37,274 nucleotides of DNA from Bacteroidales bacterium (GTDB taxonomy: Bacteria > Bacteroidota > Bacteroidia > Bacteroidales > UBA4181): contig JAITTD010000068.1 in NCBI GenBank assembly GCA_031287245.1, forward strand, positions 1-37,274, in the 5' to 3' direction. The translations under genes were made by a program, and so were the position numbers. The first letter of the stretch is position 1, and every line of letters begins with the position of its first letter. Below, piece after piece: positions 36,977 to 37,274 of the stretch. The notes under the pieces are model-generated. The model had not been told where the DNA came from. It worked only from the letters and a program-made list of their open reading frames with translations, and did not search any database.

Positions 36977-37240
36977 GTGAGACATAGTGAGACAGTGGTG
37001 AGACAGTGGTGAGACATAGTGAGACAGTAGTGAGACAGTAGTGAGACAGTAGTGAGACAGTGGTGAGACAGTAGTGAGACATAGTGAGACAGTGGTGAGA
37101 CAGTGGTGAGACAGTGGTGAGAAATAGTGAGACAATTGTATCACAATCGAATCACAATCGAATCACTATCGAATCACAATTGTATCACAATTGAATCACA
37201 ATTGAATCACAATTGAATCACAATTGAATCACAATTGTGA
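36977..37240. repeat. Bipartite helical-period tandem array, locus C: 15 GTGAGACA-type units (10-11 bp) followed by 9 (G/T)(A/T)ATCAC-type 11 bp units, ending in the palindrome TCACAATTGTGA
   Basis: Units were counted directly: 36977-37137 is the a-part and 37138-37240 the b-part. The array begins 49 nt upstream of the lyase start codon. Confidence 0.95.
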
Positions 37241-37274
37241 TTTTTTCTGAAAGTTTTCTATTTTCTGTTCTACG

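Noticed and set aside
36929-37144. N-terminal 72-codon extension of the lyase ORF (MIQLSHYFSPLSHHCLTTVS...), which would start the ORF at 37144
   Set aside because: The extension is just the translation of the GTGAGACA tandem array, which happens to lack stop codons in that frame. A canonical MalY/PatB N-terminus and a -7 box support the start at 36928.

Overview
This is a chromosomal segment from a Bacteroidota-type genome. The assignment rests on TAnnTTTG '-7' promoter boxes 4-50 nt upstream of most start codons, the absence of Shine-Dalgarno sites, and gene content. About 27 genes are supported, mostly housekeeping: recQ-family helicase, hexokinase, a TPR protein, a two-domain class II aldolase, rhomboid-recX-ackA, acyl-CoA ligase plus XRE/cupin regulator, an AAA ATPase, pepD, comB-like, gcvT, secA, prfC, mnmA, GH30 and GH3 glycosidases, a CusA/CzcA-type RND pump, thiS-thiE and a MalY/PatB-type lyase. 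I see no rRNA, tRNA, CRISPR array, intact transposase or integrase. The unusual content is mostly non-coding, and almost every long intergenic gap holds recurring modular repeats. (1) Bipartite tandem arrays with a 10-11 bp (helical) period, GTGAGACA-type units followed by GAATCAC-type units, occur at three loci with different copy numbers, plus related composites at two more sites. (2) A 16 x 10 bp array abuts the pepD stop codon. (3) Two families of about 50 bp promoter-bearing repeats sit in front of unrelated genes. (4) A 28 bp GC-rich palindrome lies in frame, at two sites, inside the RND pump gene, reminiscent of Rickettsia palindromic elements. (5) Hairpin tandem repeats of 23 bp and 43 bp are present. 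The best candidate for an uncharacterised protein system is a translationally coupled DUF3791-like/DUF3990-like pair (7078-7988). The larger protein shows an HGS...GFYVT...E pattern suggestive of an H-Y-E ADP-ribosyltransferase fold. The pair sits in a 1.3 kb cassette bracketed by about 52 bp direct repeats, next to an orphan antitoxin-like gene whose partner gene appears deleted. All family assignments come from motif recognition by eye; no searches were run.
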